From Marsupella aquatica (lineage: Eukaryota; Plantae; Marchantiophyta): DNA of 64,000 nucleotides. The position numbers and the translations under genes were made by a program. The stretch is taken from assembly GCA_973895155.1 (NCBI GenBank), contig OZ316896.1, positions 14,230,584 to 14,294,583 of the forward strand, in the 5' to 3' direction. Of this stretch, positions 10,631 to 24,599 are shown one piece after another (positions within the stretch are counted from its first letter, which is position 1; each line of letters starts with the position of its first letter). The notes beneath the pieces were generated by a model. That model did no database searches. It had not been told where the DNA came from and saw only the letters and a list, made by a program, of their open reading frames with translations.

Positions 10631-12380
10631 ATGTGTACCATTAGCTCATCACTCTCTTGAGGTGGTACATTTTTTCCCATTACATGATTTTTTTTGTACT
10701 CTTTCTAAGTTTTTGGGTTTACCTCTAAACTTCTTTAGAGTTTGGTCTTGGGCCCCTTTGAACATCTTTTGCTTTTACTTCACTGTGCTTTGTTTGGCAC
10801 TTTTTTGTAAATAAAATTAGACTACACACGTAAATTATCTTATCGAATTGGAATCTACGTATATCGAGAATGTAGTTCATTCACACGTATGGGCCACGAA
10901 ATGTCAGTACATCTCAAACGAGCAATTTTACACTCACTTCTTCGTCAAGTATGGAGCCATTCTTAAAGCTTGCCGAACCCCGTTCTGATGCCAAGGACCA
11001 GATTTTATGCGTCCAAACTTTGTAGAGCCTGTTCAAGTTCCCCCTGCTTAACATTGCAGCTCTTTCAGTCCCATTGAAACAAACTCCACAGAGCGATTCA
11101 AATCTGTTCTGCTACGGGCATACAGGTCATTGAAAGGATTTGTGTCATCGCATATGCGAAAATTAGTTTGCCTCTAGCGCCAAGCTAACGACTGGGATCG
11201 ATGGCATGGACGATGCAGACGAGAAAATTCACTTACCTGCAAATACATTGATTGCTAGAATTTCACTCGTGAAAGTGCTTGCTATGGGTTCAAAACTCCC
11301 GACAGAAGATGGCAAAACTGCACCACAGGAAACGTTTCAACTCGGCAGGCTAGTTTACGCCTCCAATCATCAGAGAGGTTTTACAACAACATTTTGTTGA
11401 ACATCCTTGCCAGAAACCTCCTGTCGTTTGACAACCATCGACACCACTTCCTTGGATCTTTAAAGGGGTTTGCTAGAAGACATCTTAGGAAGAGGACCGA
11501 CTAACGAGCCTTCATTGCAGCTTATTTTCGAAGGCTAACCTTCCGAACTTGGTAGGCTGGATTGTCCCGACGAAAAAGTCGGTTTCCATCAAACACCGGT
11601 TCCTGTCTGTATTACTGGGCAGAAAAAACACGCCTCTTACAAGCGCTACCGTGCACCTTGGCCGACTAGTCTGAATGTTATACATAGGAGCTAAATTGCA
11701 AACATCCGAAGCTTGTGAAAAAGAAAAAGCAGCAGAGGCTTATGAAACCATGTACAGATCGGGACCTCAAACGTTGACTAGGGACAGGATATTCACTTTG
11801 GAAAGTCAGACGTCTTAGCAAAGAGACTCAAAATGTCATATCATACTTAGCTGCCATACTTGAAGGAACGGGAATATGTACAGAGTGGATTGTCGTCCAC
11901 AAAATATCTGTATCAAAACTTCTCAGGGAGAGTTCGATTATGAGTCAAACCTCACTTTTTTCCAATTTAGCCGTACCAATATCTTCCCAAGATTCTTACA
12001 ACCTTCACAATATACATCGTACTACGGCCGAGAATCTAACTGCATACATGAGCCTCGGAGCGACCCTGCTCTCCATGGAAGTAATTCTGAAGTAAGTACT
12101 TCCATGGAGAACAAACGCTAAAAAATGTGCAGCAACTCCTTTTCTCACGGGCGGATGACAAGCTACGTCTCACCAACCGATGACCAGCTTTCCCTCCGCA
12201 CTAGAAAAGGTAACAGGTGTTTGGCACAAAAAATCTTCCTCATAAGACTTTCAGGAGTGATCGTAATAGGTGACCGTCGTCGTTCACATGACAAGCAAAG
12301 TTCGGTGGTAAATGATGGACGTTTGTCGTTGGAAACACACACACTGGAGATTATTGAAGATGAGATTGTCTTCACATCAC

Positions 12381-12731
12381 CTAATTATTAGAAGATCGTT
12401 TGACAATGCCGCTGATGTACGCCTTCGTTTCGAGTTCTGAGCAAGTACTGTCAAATCTGAATTCGTTACCACAATACGCATTGCCGTAAATGAGAGTAGA
12501 CATGTCCCCGCTGTAAGCTGCATTGACCATAATGTTCACATAGGCGTCTCTGAGACGAGTCAGAGCCTCGCTCACTTTGCTTGGCTTCTTCCTTCGCCAG
12601 CTCTTCTTCTTGAACGTCACCGAATTCCCTGGCTCGACCCCGACGAGTGTCTCGCATGTCACGTCCGGCGCCCTCCTCTTTCTCCGATTGCGCAGGCTCA
12701 CGAACAGATCACAAGGCCAGAACGCAGTCAT
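12381..12731 (-). CDS. Small conserved uncharacterised plant protein (116 aa)
   Basis: Single-exon ORF MTAFWP..KKKSWRRK..LTRLRDAYVNIM. The 'RLRDAYVxxM' motif is typical of a land-plant family of unknown function. Confidence 0.65.
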   Translation of the reverse strand: MTAFWPCDLFVSLRNRRKRRAPDVTCETLVGVEPGNSVTFKKKSWRRKKPSKVSEALTRLRDAYVNIMVNAAYSGDMSTLIYGNAYCGNEFRFDSTCSELETKAYISGIVKRSSNN

Positions 12732-15700
12732 CGCTTCCAGATATTGGTTGTTGGTAAAGCTCACCAGCTAACCAGGACAAACCTCTTCAGGACCCCAAGG
12801 CAGCTTTCTCGAGCCCGTGCTTTCCTCTCTTTCATCTGCCGAGGGCTCACTCATCCAGATAGAGCTTGCTCACTCTCACCATGAAGTTTGACATGCAGTT
12901 TTAAACGGAGTCCAAAATCAAAATCAGGATAGACATCTTTGATGGGCACTGGGCTTACAAGTACCTTCTCTGGCATCGGACGACGCTGGCCCAATGCTGC
13001 CATAAACAATCCTTCAGTACAGTCTTCTCCAGGAATTCTTCATCATTCTTCTTCGTCTTCTACGCGTACTCTCGCTCGCTCTCCCCGTCTCTCTATAACG
13101 CGCGCGCGTGAGGAAGCATGCGAAATTGCGAGGCCAAAGTTGAAAGTGCAGCAGAATGCTCTAGAGGCTCGTGTGAGCTTGAAATCCGCGCGCCTTCTTG
13201 CTTTTTTGCTTTTGATCGGCACTATTATATCCCAGCAGACAGAACCAGCATTTCAAAAATGTCTGAATCACACCTGACATTGCAAGCGAGCAGCGAACCG
13301 ATGCAAATCAGAGTACTCGACTCGCAGCAAACGGACAGAGTATGACGTATAGTACGATGTCAAAAAATGTGCCCGCAAATTAGCGGAAGCTCTGGCATGC
13401 TTCTTTGTGTCAATGCCGTCGTACTCAATTCTACTCCTCCACAGTGATTCAACTTTGCTATGGCAGAACAGCAGAGTAATTAGTGTTGCAGCGAGTCTTC
13501 CAGAGAAGAGTCGCTGCTCGCAAAGTTAAGGTGAAGTGAAATTGCGTTCCTTACTCTCAACTTACCGCATAGCATACGACCGGTGGATAGGGAGCTCGTC
13601 ATTTTGAATTCGACTGTAGCAGTTCTCTCTGGACACCAAAGACTGCGCAGTGAAGTAGAGTCGACCACCATGTCCCTGGACCCTGGTACCTCACCGTACT
13701 TCTGTGGTCTGACGATCACGAGGCTCGACATCATTCGGATTTCTGACTCGATAGGAAACACTGTACGAGTAGGCCATTCGTTGTGATCCGGCGAGATCGA
13801 CACTCCGACAGACTGACAAGCGCGCACCGTGCCAGTCTGCAATCCACGCCGATTATTTCGGAAAACATACCATCGATGTACTGTAGATTGAAGCACTGTT
13901 CGAGATCAACATAAAATGGCCAAAAAGAACTCCTCTCAAGAATCAGTGTATTGATGGCAAGATTGGGCTGAAGCCAATAAGAACTCCTCTGAAGAATTCA
14001 CTTACTATGGATGGGAGGATTGGCCCGAAGCCAACCCCTGAACAAAGAATATAGGCTTGTGCCTCAAGAAGGATGCTAGATGAGGTGCATATGCTTGCCA
14101 AGGTCAACCCTGAAAACTGATAGGAATCAAGGAGAGGCTTTTGCCTTGAATACCTAAAGTTGACCTATCCAATAGAGGATAGATTTACTCAGCATGCACC
14201 TTTGTAGGGTAGCTCACAAGGGGGGTCATACCCAGTACCAGGAGGGAGAGAGAGTTGGACCAGAGCCCCAAAGTTAACTAGCCAAGGTCTGAGGAGAAAC
14301 CAGGACTCCCACCACTACACCCCACCCTCCACAACCCTTGCATGTAGAGGGGGGATTAAAACTGGGACCTCTATATTCTAGTCTCATTCCTTGGCCAACT
14401 GACCAGTGCTAGTTGGTTCAAGGAAAGGCTTTTGAGAAGGTTTGGTTCTTCTGGAAACAAAAATAGAAGTAAATAAAACACAATGTACTCTAAAGGAAAC
14501 GGATTGAAGTAAAGATCAGAATTTGAAACCCCTGTTGGTCTTTGAAACCCCCATGGGCCACATCTCCCAGAATTTAAGTTTAATTGTAATAAGTTCATAT
14601 TCATAAATTCAAATATATTCAGGTTTGGAGATATACTAGAGGAGTAGGTGAGCTACACTTCCATCAAAGTTACAGTTAATTTTGGACATTTTGGTTGAGT
14701 TTTCATCAAAAAAATACAGGGGGGGTAACTTTCACTATATTAATTTACATTGCATGTGTTAATTTGAAATATCTAGGCTTGTTTGTTTCTAAAGTCTCCT
14801 CCTACTCTAGTGGTGCAAAACTAATTTTCTGTACATTTTGGTTGAGTTTTTCATCAAAAAATACCGGGGGAGGTAAATTTCATTAGATTAATTTACATTG
14901 TGTTAATGTGAAATATCTAGGCTTGTTTTTTTTCTAAAGCCTCCTCCTACTCTAGTACTCATAACCATCAAGTTATGGGCCAATGGACCACCATTGTGGT
15001 CTATGGGAACACAAATGTCCAACATGGTGGTCCTTCCTGGCTTCAGTTTCTACAAATCAAGAACGCTAAAGGAAACAATTGACTTGTGTAAGAAGTCTCA
15101 CTTGAGAGCATTAACTCTCGTGCAAACCCAAAGGCATGTACAATACTTGCTTGGAATGTGTAACAGAGCATCGATTTCGCTTCTACCCCAGATTGGATGC
15201 CCTACAGCCAGCGCTCTCCATCGCTACTTCTTCATCGAGGTGCATTATAACACGGAAATTGCCATCTAGACTCTTGAAGGTACACAAGAATGATCCCTTT
15301 GATGAACACTCACGATGTTGGCTCTGAATCTTCAGTTTTCCTAATATCTATTCCATACGCAAAGTACCACGCTGTTGGGAAAACCATCTACGGTGACTAA
15401 GATAAATGCAACTAAGCGAAGACCACATAAGAACTCGGAGCGCCAGGCAAAGAGCAAGGCAACGAGGCGCCGCATAGGAAACGGAAATGCACCGCAACTA
15501 GCGGCATCCAGTTGAACTGCACAAAAAGAGTAGCCTGAAGATCGCAATTCCAACACATGTATTTCCCGTGAGTGTATGTAAATGGGTTACCCACTAGAGT
15601 CGGGTCACAGTGGAGCATCTGAATTTAGCACTTGAATTTCGGTGCCTTGATCGGTCTTCGGTCAATAAAACCGAGGGTTTGATCTGGTTACCAACTGTCA

Positions 15701-16655
15701 TCCAATAAGAGGAGCAGCAAGCACTTTGACACGCTCGGTGTATATTTTGGATTCGATCCCTTATATACCGTAAAGGAAGTTCATTTAAAAATTCAAGCAT
15801 TATTCGTTAAAAGCCTACTTTAGTCTCTCGAGTAGGATTTCGGACAGACAGGTTTCATCGTGAAGTCAAATTGACTCTTAATGGATGAGAGGAGCCTCAC
15901 CATGGCCTCACGATTTCATGCCAACCTTCCAAATTTTTAAATGTCGGAATCTATGCTGACTGGCAGTTGCAAATTGCAATTGGAACGTGCTGGATGAGGG
16001 AACTTGGAACATTCTGACATGGATGCATTAATTGCACGGTCAAATGCTGGTATCTCACTTCCGTGTGCAGAGTGAGCTGCAAAGTGATCCCTGACTTCTT
16101 ACTGTCCACACAGAAGTAGCACGGAAAACTGTCGGCTGATCGATCGATCTTAGCTTGGAATTCGAATAATCCATGTTCAACTCGGTAAGATCGCCATAGA
16201 TTCAGGTTACAATTTGATGAGCAGTTTCACATCTCGTAATAACGTTACTATATTAAACTCTGTGGTATATGTACAGAATTTCCCCCAGTTTCTAGCTCAT
16301 GAAGAAGGGCTATATTTCTTATATCGTATGGAGTGTTATGTACGCCTATCAGAGACCATGCTAATCATCTGCGCTCGATCGGTCGGAACATATATAGCTC
16401 CATCAAAAACGAAGATGGAACGAGTACATTCTCAACTTGAATCGAACTAAAGTAGATTGACGACTGTATTGACAGCTCGATACAAATCCAGTTTGGGAGT
16501 GTTGTGCCTACCGAACTACGACCCCCGATGATCGAAGAAAGACTGACTGTTGGATTTGCGAGTATGTTGAAAGCAACGTACATGCAATTGGCTTGAGCTA
16601 CATAATTCTGATCCTCTGATCGATCGATGAGCTTTCTTAACAATCTTATCAAAAT

Positions 16656-16829
16656 CTAGCCACCACCCCCACCGAATCCGCCACCGTATCCAGCCCCACC
16701 TCCACCTCCGCCAGGACCCACACCCCACTTCGAGCCCCCGCATCCTCCTCCACCATCTCCACCATCTCCACCACATTCACATCCACATCCTCCACCACCT
16801 GAACTTGGCTTGCTCGAACCACACCCCAT
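16656..16829 (-). CDS. Putative 57-aa Gly/Cys-rich protein with N-terminal MGCGSSK acylation motif
   Basis: TATATATA at 17061-17068. A plausible 5'UTR intron runs from GTGAGT (16994) to TTCAG (16831), ending 1 nt before the ATG. MGCxxS is the myristoylation/palmitoylation consensus. Confidence 0.55.
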   Translation of the reverse strand: MGCGSSKPSSGGGGCGCECGGDGGDGGGGCGGSKWGVGPGGGGGGAGYGGGFGGGGG

Positions 16830-17089
16830 CCTGAACGTTCTCGGGGGCGATGGGTGTAGTCGAGTAAAATCGCCTTTGTAAGCACTTCCACGATCAAATC
16901 CGAGAGCACTTCCCATGCCAGTAGTCACTTGAACGATCACACTTGTTGGGATGTAGTCCATGAACATGTGCTCTCACGGGCAATGTTCACTCACTACAAC
17001 GAAGTATGTTTCACAACCATTCTCACTCAGAAATCTGACACCAAGTGCCTCACTCCGCTGTATATATACATACACTGCCCCTGCATAGA

Positions 17090-17560
17090 AGATAACAAGG
17101 TGAAAAAACTGTATGGAGTTGAGAAAAGATGGAGAGGAGAGAAAAAGGTTAAACAAATATCAAGGTGACAAAAAATGTCAAGAAAAAATGTCAGAGATGA
17201 CTAAAATATGTCAAAGTGAGAAAACATTGGTGAGGAGAGAAAAATATGTCATGGTGAGAAAAATATGTCAAGGCAAGAAAATATATCAAAGGAAGGCAAA
17301 GATTCTGAGGCCAAGCAAGAAAATATAGACCTTGAGAGATCTAGTTGTTGAGGCATGTTATGTGTTATTTTGGCCATATAGTCGTTGTGGTTGTGTTCAA
17401 TACCTGTGCGTTGTAAAGATGACATCGCTGAAGAAAAGAAGTTGGTGCGTAAAATATGTCGTTGCATAAAATATATCATTGAAGAAAAGATGTCCATGTG
17501 AAAAAGATGTCATCCCGCAAATGACTTTGATGAGGCAAAGATGTTTTGTAAAAGATCACA
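17090..17560 (-). repeat. Low-complexity repeat fragment related to the Helitron interior at 37070-38110
   Basis: Reverse-complement of the same CTCACCTTGACATATTTTT / GACATCTTTT units. Confidence 0.5.
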
Positions 17561-17631
17561 AATGGAAAAAACAAACATATGCCTGACCTTAGAAAACAGG
17601 AAAGGTGGGACGGGTGGGCAAGGTTTCATCA

Positions 17632-17975
17632 TGTTAGATATTGCTCTAGTCTTGTGACTCATGAGCTAACCATAGTTAGTCTAACTCGGGTTAGGACTTA
17701 GGTAATGTTAGCGCTAGTGCGATTGTGCATATAGCCAGGACTGATGCCAGACCCTGGTGAAACTTAGGCTCATTGTTACGGAGCTAGTTGAGAGATAGGG
17801 AGAGCTTGTGATGTGGATGCTTGGTATGGCCGGTTGGCCTAGAGTGCAGTAAAGCTCATGTGTGTTCCCGTGGACGTAGCCTCATGTGGAGGTGAACCAC
17901 GTATCTCTCTGTGTCGACTATTGTGCGTTGGATGGTTCATGGGCTTGCCGTTGCAAATGTCGTCTATGCTCAACA
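17632..17975 (+). mobile_element. Solo LTR (344 bp) with 5-bp TSD CATCA
   Basis: TGTTAG...CTCAACA flanked by CATCA at 17627-17631 and 17976-17980. The 3' part is homologous to the copia LTR. Confidence 0.9.
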
Positions 17976-19699
17976 CATCAGACGATCAGGATTGAGGTGT
18001 CCAAAACTCATTTCATAAATAGACCAAACGGAAGCATTTGGGCAGGTCCCTCATTGCAGTGTTAATGAGTTTCCCAAGTCCAATGCTTGTGTATTGCACA
18101 AATGACGTCAAGAAAAAAATATGTTGAATGAAGAGGTGTTGAGTGGAGAATTATCAAATATTGGAGATTGAACATTTTAAATTTGTTGAAACTAATAGTG
18201 GTGGACCTTGCCACCCAACGCCCTCACCAATCCCAGGACTCGTGCCTAAGTGCTCCTGGTGCCCGAACGCCTCCACGGAATACCTCGAGCAAGCACCCTA
18301 GTGCCCCTTGCACCGCCAGCGGCCCCTCCCATACGAAGCCGCACTTGCTTACCTACACAACCGCTACTCAACAGTCCTCATTGTCTGCACAAGCAACCAA
18401 GCACCTCGGTAAGTAACCCCTCAGGATCTAGAACTCGCCAAGTCTAGCATCCTAACTCAAGCTCAACAGACGTTGGTAAATAGGTCAGCAATAGGTACTC
18501 CTGATGCCATAAGCCGGAACCAGAACCCACGCCCACTCTTCGTCCAGAACAGCTCCTTCCTTGGGCGCGGTCCGGGTTCCCCCTCGTACCTATCCATCAC
18601 CAATTGACCGCCCTGACCCCAGGACATGCTCATGGCCCAAATAGCGTAGCTTGTCCTAAAGCTTGTCCCAACGAGCCGGGACCAGAATGGCCCCGACCCT
18701 AGAATCCATTCCCAGTTCACCTCAATGATGGTCTAGGAGCCAAACACTCTTGGGACTCAACCTCCACACCTACTTGGCCTTGCCTCCCCAACGCAAGCTC
18801 CCTTGGGAGACTGAACGCGGCTTGGCTGCTATTTGGCAGGATTTGGCAAGCGGGCGAGTTAACACTGGCACACCCCGATACCCCAAGGTACCCCCAGACC
18901 CAGCTGAGCTCAGGAGGGCTACGCCCTCCTCAAGAGCTTTCCAACGCACCCAGGAAGTCCTCCAACGGACTTCCCGTTGGGAAGATCTCGCCATTTCCGT
19001 TTGGCGGTTTCCCTTAGTGTCGCGATCGTCGCGGCTCACGACTTCAGCTCGCCCTTGGCCCCCAGGGAGACACCACTCCCCTCATATATGCTTCTGGAGA
19101 CCTGCCGCCCCCGGACCAGCTTTGGTCCCTAAACATTTGGCCCCCAACCCGGATCCTATCGCGCATAATGGGCGCGCCCTCAACTAGCAACGCCCATAAC
19201 TTTCCCGTTAGGCATCCGCAAGCGGAGTGCCTTAGCCTGTTGTGATTGGGCCGACCCAGTGCTCATGCCTAGGCCCTCAGGTCTCATCGCCGCTCAGGGC
19301 CCCCGACCGGCCCAACCCGGATCGGGCCCTAACTTGCGCCCCAAGCGTCCGTCGCCCATGGTGTCAACTCCATTGGCCTTGGGCCCAAGAGGAGCTCACA
19401 CTCCAGCCCTCAAAACTCAAAGTCCATCCGGAGGTCCGGACGGCCATCCTTGAGCCCAACCCATTTCCCCTTGACCCGACCAACTATGAGCTAGTCCAAG
19501 TTCTTAGTGTGTGTCCCCAGCTTGGCTCCTTGCCTCGCTAGTGCCACGTCTCATTGCCCACAAGTATCCCCATGCTAAGTCCTCCCCGGATGGCCTATCC
19601 GGGCCTGGACCATAAGAGAGCTCGGCGTCGGAGTCAGCGACGCCGGAGCTAAGTGTTAAGGTAGTCGAGTTCCGCGACTCTAATGCACATCAATAGTAT

Positions 19700-20900
19700 T
19701 AATAGACAATGAGTTCAATGCCTTTATGTTTGCAGAGTGGCCAGTTGAGCAAAAGTTTTGTTGAGCCAAGAAGTTATGAAGCAGGATTGTTGATAACCAA
19801 AACCATTTTTCTGCAATAGAGTTCTCTAGTAAAGGTCTCATTAAGCGTAACTGACTTGGTACTGAAGTGCTATTGAACAAAAAAAGGGTTTTTAAGTAGT
19901 AAGTCAACACAAGAGAAATGAATGTGATGTTATTTTTGGAAGTCTCTCGGTTATGAAATAATGGTGCTAACAAAGTGTTGTTACCCTTGGGGGAAGAGTG
20001 CATGCAACTAGAAAGGATTAATTTGCTGAACAAAATTCAAAGCATGAGTTGTAGGGCAGGCAGGAGAGGTGGAAGTTGCATGCAAAAGTGAAGAATGCAA
20101 TGGACACAAAAATTTGTGGTCCAAAAAGAGTGCAATATGAAAACATAAGAGTTCTTGTGCATTGCAACAAGAGAATTGTTATTCAGGCAGAACACAATTG
20201 ACACTATAAATGATGTACAGAAAAGAGTGCAACAAAAGTAACATAAACTTTGTGTAATTTGTTGAAGCAAACAATTGATGAGAAAATCTGAAAAAGTGAG
20301 TTGTGGATGGGGAGGAGAAGTAGAAGTTGCACGGCAAGGGAGTTTTTTGCTTTTGTCTCCATCCCCGACCCAAAATTAATCGATGGACCCCCATGTTCAT
20401 CCAAGGAATGTGTGTGTGATGAAGTGAAATCAATTTTGGCAAAGCGATAACCAACGGTTTTGAGTCTCCCGATGGTATTGGTGTGTGCTCATACAAAAAA
20501 ACGCTCAAAAGATAGAGGAGATTTATCAAACGGAAGGTTGAATGTGAAGGAATTGAAGTTTTTGACGGTTTTTGCTTACACATTGAAGAAAATGTGTTTC
20601 TATCATTCTTGATTGATCGTTTGTGAGTTACATTGAACATTACCGCCACACGACAGACTGGAGGACAACACTCAACTGTTGGCAAAAGAGCGCTTGTCGA
20701 TTTGGTGGGAAGAACACACAAAACAAAAAAGCCATCACTTCACACGAAGGATTTTTAGGTTTTAATTTTTATTTAAGAAAGCTATGGTGTGAGGGGGAGA
20801 CCAACAATTGTTTCTTTGACATAGAGGCTGCATTTGGCGTCAACCTGTGTTCAGAGTGAACTTCAGTTGAAGACTAGAGGGATGCGAACAATTCGAGCCG
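19700..20900 (+). mobile_element. Possible highly decayed hAT-like transposase remnant
   Basis: Fragmentary WWEEH..(E)QLFSL resembles the hAT dimerisation region; no continuous ORF. Confidence 0.3.
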
Positions 20901-20999
20901 GGAAGCAAGCATTGTGGACAAGCAATGGAGATGTAATCAAAGAAATCAATTTGCAGCTGCTAAGTTTGTGACGGTGACGAGATTGTGATATCTCTTAAT

Positions 21000-21440
21000 T
21001 GTGACAAATTTTTTGCCTTTCCAATGAGTGTGAGTATAAAAAATTTTAATCATGAGTTCATGAATTCTTTTAGCTTTCCAACATTGAGTCCGACATTGAC
21101 AAATTTTATGTCAGATTTTGTCACAATACTAAAGAGATCATGAGGTTCAATCTCTTTAGCTTTCTAATGTGTGACATTGAGATTATTTGTCAAGAATTAG
21201 AGAGATCATGAGTATCTGAATTTTTTTAGCTTTCCAATGAACCTAACATTGATAGATTTTGTCAAGTACTAAGGAGATGATCGATGAGTTTTTAATTTTA
21301 CTCTAGCTTTCCAATGAGTGTGACATTGAGAGATTTTATCAAGACAGCACTAAAGAGGTCACGAGTTTCTAAATCTTGATCTTGAGTTTTCCAATGAATC
21401 AAACATTGACAGATTTTATCAAGTACTAAGGAGATTGATT
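21000..21440 (+). repeat. Degenerate ~60-bp tandem repeats
   Basis: About 7 units of TAGCTTTCCAATGAG..ACATTGACAGATTTT..AAGAGATCATGAG. Confidence 0.75.
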
Positions 21441-23055
21441 ATTTAGTTTTACAATATGAAACCAAAGGGGTTTTAACTATGTACATTTCTATCGATTGGT
21501 TTTTTCAAACTTGCAAACAATTAAAAAACACAAGCATTTTGATATAAAATACTGATATATCTTTGACAAACATCAGGATGGTAACTTTATTTTACTAAAT
21601 GACATCTCTTCTTTTGTATTTTGGTTTTTTTACGTTTAATATTTACGGCATGGCACCCCAAAAATTATGTTGCTTTTGCCACAAACAGGAATGTGCACGT
21701 TTGTTATTGTTAAAAGTAGGATCGTTCCTGTTTGTGGCTGGTTGTGGTGATGTGGTGCAACCTCGTGGCAAAGAATTTGCAAGAGACTTCTCATGGGGGT
21801 CCGTAAATACCTTTCTCCAACCCTATTCATTTGCAAGATTGTGAGCAAAATTAAAATCTAGAAAAAGTGCCCGAAAGGAGAAAATGTGCCCGAAAGAAAA
21901 TTATCACCGCGTCCAAACAAGACAAAACAAAAGAGGAACAAAACTCCATTTTTCTTTTTCCAGTCAAAACCCAATTTTTAAATTTTAAATTAGTAATTTA
22001 AATGTAAAAATAGTTATTATTTTTAACTCAATTTTTTATTTTGGACAGGCGAGGGCAGGCTAAATGGCAGTTTGGGGAGACACTTATTTTAAATGGGTGT
22101 ATGGAAGATCTCTCAGGGTCAAAAAATAAATAAAAAATATGAAGGGTCATGATTGGTTCCCCATTTTTCTTCTTGCTTGGAAAACAACTGTGCACACCAA
22201 ATATAATTCACTTTTGGTTTATTCTTTTGACTTTTTCAGTGTTTCAGTTTTTTCAGGTTTTCATTTTTTTCACTCAAAACAACACGCCAAATTTGGATGA
22301 TGATCACTGCATTTTTTGGCGGAACACTGTACTATAGTTATTGGTATGTCATCTTAACCTAATTTTCCTCATCCCTGCCCATGTATGCATGTCTCCCATT
22401 GTTGTGAATGCTCCCCTTAACGTACCTCTAGTAGCTTTTATTTTATGAATCTGAGGATCATAATCATACATAGTGTATATCAAAGCCTACACATCAATTC
22501 CGCATTCCTCACATTTGTAAGCAGACAAAAGCCCAGTTTTGGTGGGCTAGCATATTATAGTGGTCAATGGTACATCATCAGGTCCTGCTTGAACTATCTG
22601 CAAGCACGAAAAGGAATGGGGTTAATTTGCCTTCACCTGCATCAGAAAACTTGCGCGATTGATCCACACTGATTGAGTGTTCCAAGTGCTGTGAGCCCAT
22701 ATCCAACACAGACGACGAGCTTGGAATTGAGCAATTTGTATGCTTTTTGCTCTTGTGTGTGAGCCTCAAGTTGTCAACCTGCATTCCAGTATAACAAGCT
22801 AGGCCAGCAAGGAAGAAAGGCAGTTGGACCACTGTAGTGGGTCTTCTCAATAAGCCTGAGAGATTTGTACTGTAGGTCTTTGCAATAAGCTTGAGAGGTT
22901 CAGACCTTTTGCCCACTTATTATAAACCCTTGGGTCCCACTTTCACTGCTACTGTTTTGGCCAAAGGGGTTCCTAAAAAAGAATTTCCCAAAGGGGTTAC
23001 TATAAACTGTTTATTCCAAAGGCTGAGGAATAAAACCGCTCTTCCCATAGAAAAT

Positions 23056-23899
23056 GCAACCTAATGGATGACCTAAAACTTGGCATATTTTTGTAAAAAA
23101 AGTGACTAAGAATTTTTACAGAGGCTGAATCCAGCAAAATTTTGCCACTTTGGAGAATGCTTATACACGCCATCTATCAGATGTACCTAAATATAAAATG
23201 TTATCATTTTGGGTTGTGCAAACAATATACCAAGTCAATGACCAAAGTTAATTGGTCACAATAGACTCAAATCTGCATGGTTTTGACCACAAGGGGCCCC
23301 ACCACCATTATGGGCCATTTCTTGGCCCCTTCAAAATAAAGAATTGAAGTCTGTTACTTAGGCCAATAATTATAAAGTTCTGGGCTCGACTAGTCTAGTA
23401 TTTTTGGGGGTCCTTGCCTGGCCTGATGAAACCTAGGAATAATTTTGACATGTAAAGTTAAAGACTCTTCTAAGCATCTTGGTGAGACATTGACTTTTGA
23501 GTGTATACCTGGAGGGTCACTATATGGAGGGCCATACCAAAGGTTTGGATCATTTATGACCACCTAAGTCAATATATAAAGCAATACAATGCAATCACAT
23601 GATGACACATATGCATTTTGCAATTAAAGAACCTTATCTTTCAATTGACAACTTAATAAGTCTCCTGTCAAAACCATTTCACCCTATGTTTCATCGCATG
23701 TAGTATGTCACTTTTGTGGAAGTCACCCCCCCCCAGATGTATACATTGTTTTAAGATTAATGAAGGAAAACAGGATAGAAATAGTTTGGCCGTGTGTGAG
23801 GTGAGCCAATGGTGTATAAAATCTAACTATACAATCATGTTCAAAACCTACTACTCAATGTTTGGCATTTACTCTTGGGTCCAGAATTACTATATAGCC
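23056..23899 (+). repeat. Diverged direct repeat, copy 1 (~0.8 kb)
   Basis: Colinear similarity with 25741-26542. Confidence 0.9.
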
Positions 23900-24599
23900 T
23901 TAAAGCTAGTCTTGCAGGTAGCTTGAATCCTTTTATTCAAGTTATATTTAATTGAATATTTATACACTATAGATACCTAGACCCTAAGCTATCTATTCTC
24001 AAGAGTGTGATGGAATCCAAGAGTTGTGTTGAAACTAACATTTCACCCCCTCCCTTCTTAACCAGAGCTCAAAGTTATGTTTCCTAAGTTTATGGTTTGA
24101 ATAACTAAGTGTCACTAGCTATTATGAGAAACAAAGGAGAGGCCCACCTTGTTTTGGAAGGGGTCACAATAGTTTAGAAGCTAAACAATTGTCTTATAGA
24201 AAAATGGCATGTGGGGATAGAAGTGGGGCCAACACTTTGTAAAGGTACAAAAAATGCACAACAAACGTTTACAGAATGGGCCAAACAGAGTACAAACGAA
24301 CACACAAAAGAGGTCCAAAGTGGACAAAAACCAAACGCAAAAGAAATGAGCAATAGGGAACCCCTAAAAACCAAGGAAGTGCCAGAACCAAAACTAACCG
24401 GGAAACTAACACAAATGGACCGAGTCCTCATCACACCTAGCAAATGTGGCAAAAGTTAATGGTCCACATCAAGTCTCAAAACAAAATTGGCAAGTGGGAT
24501 GGAAATGTTTAGGGGGGCTACCTACCTTGGAGGCACACTAGCACCCATTGTGAGAGATCAGCGATAGATGGCCTGAGCTTAAGCACTCCGTAAGGTGAC

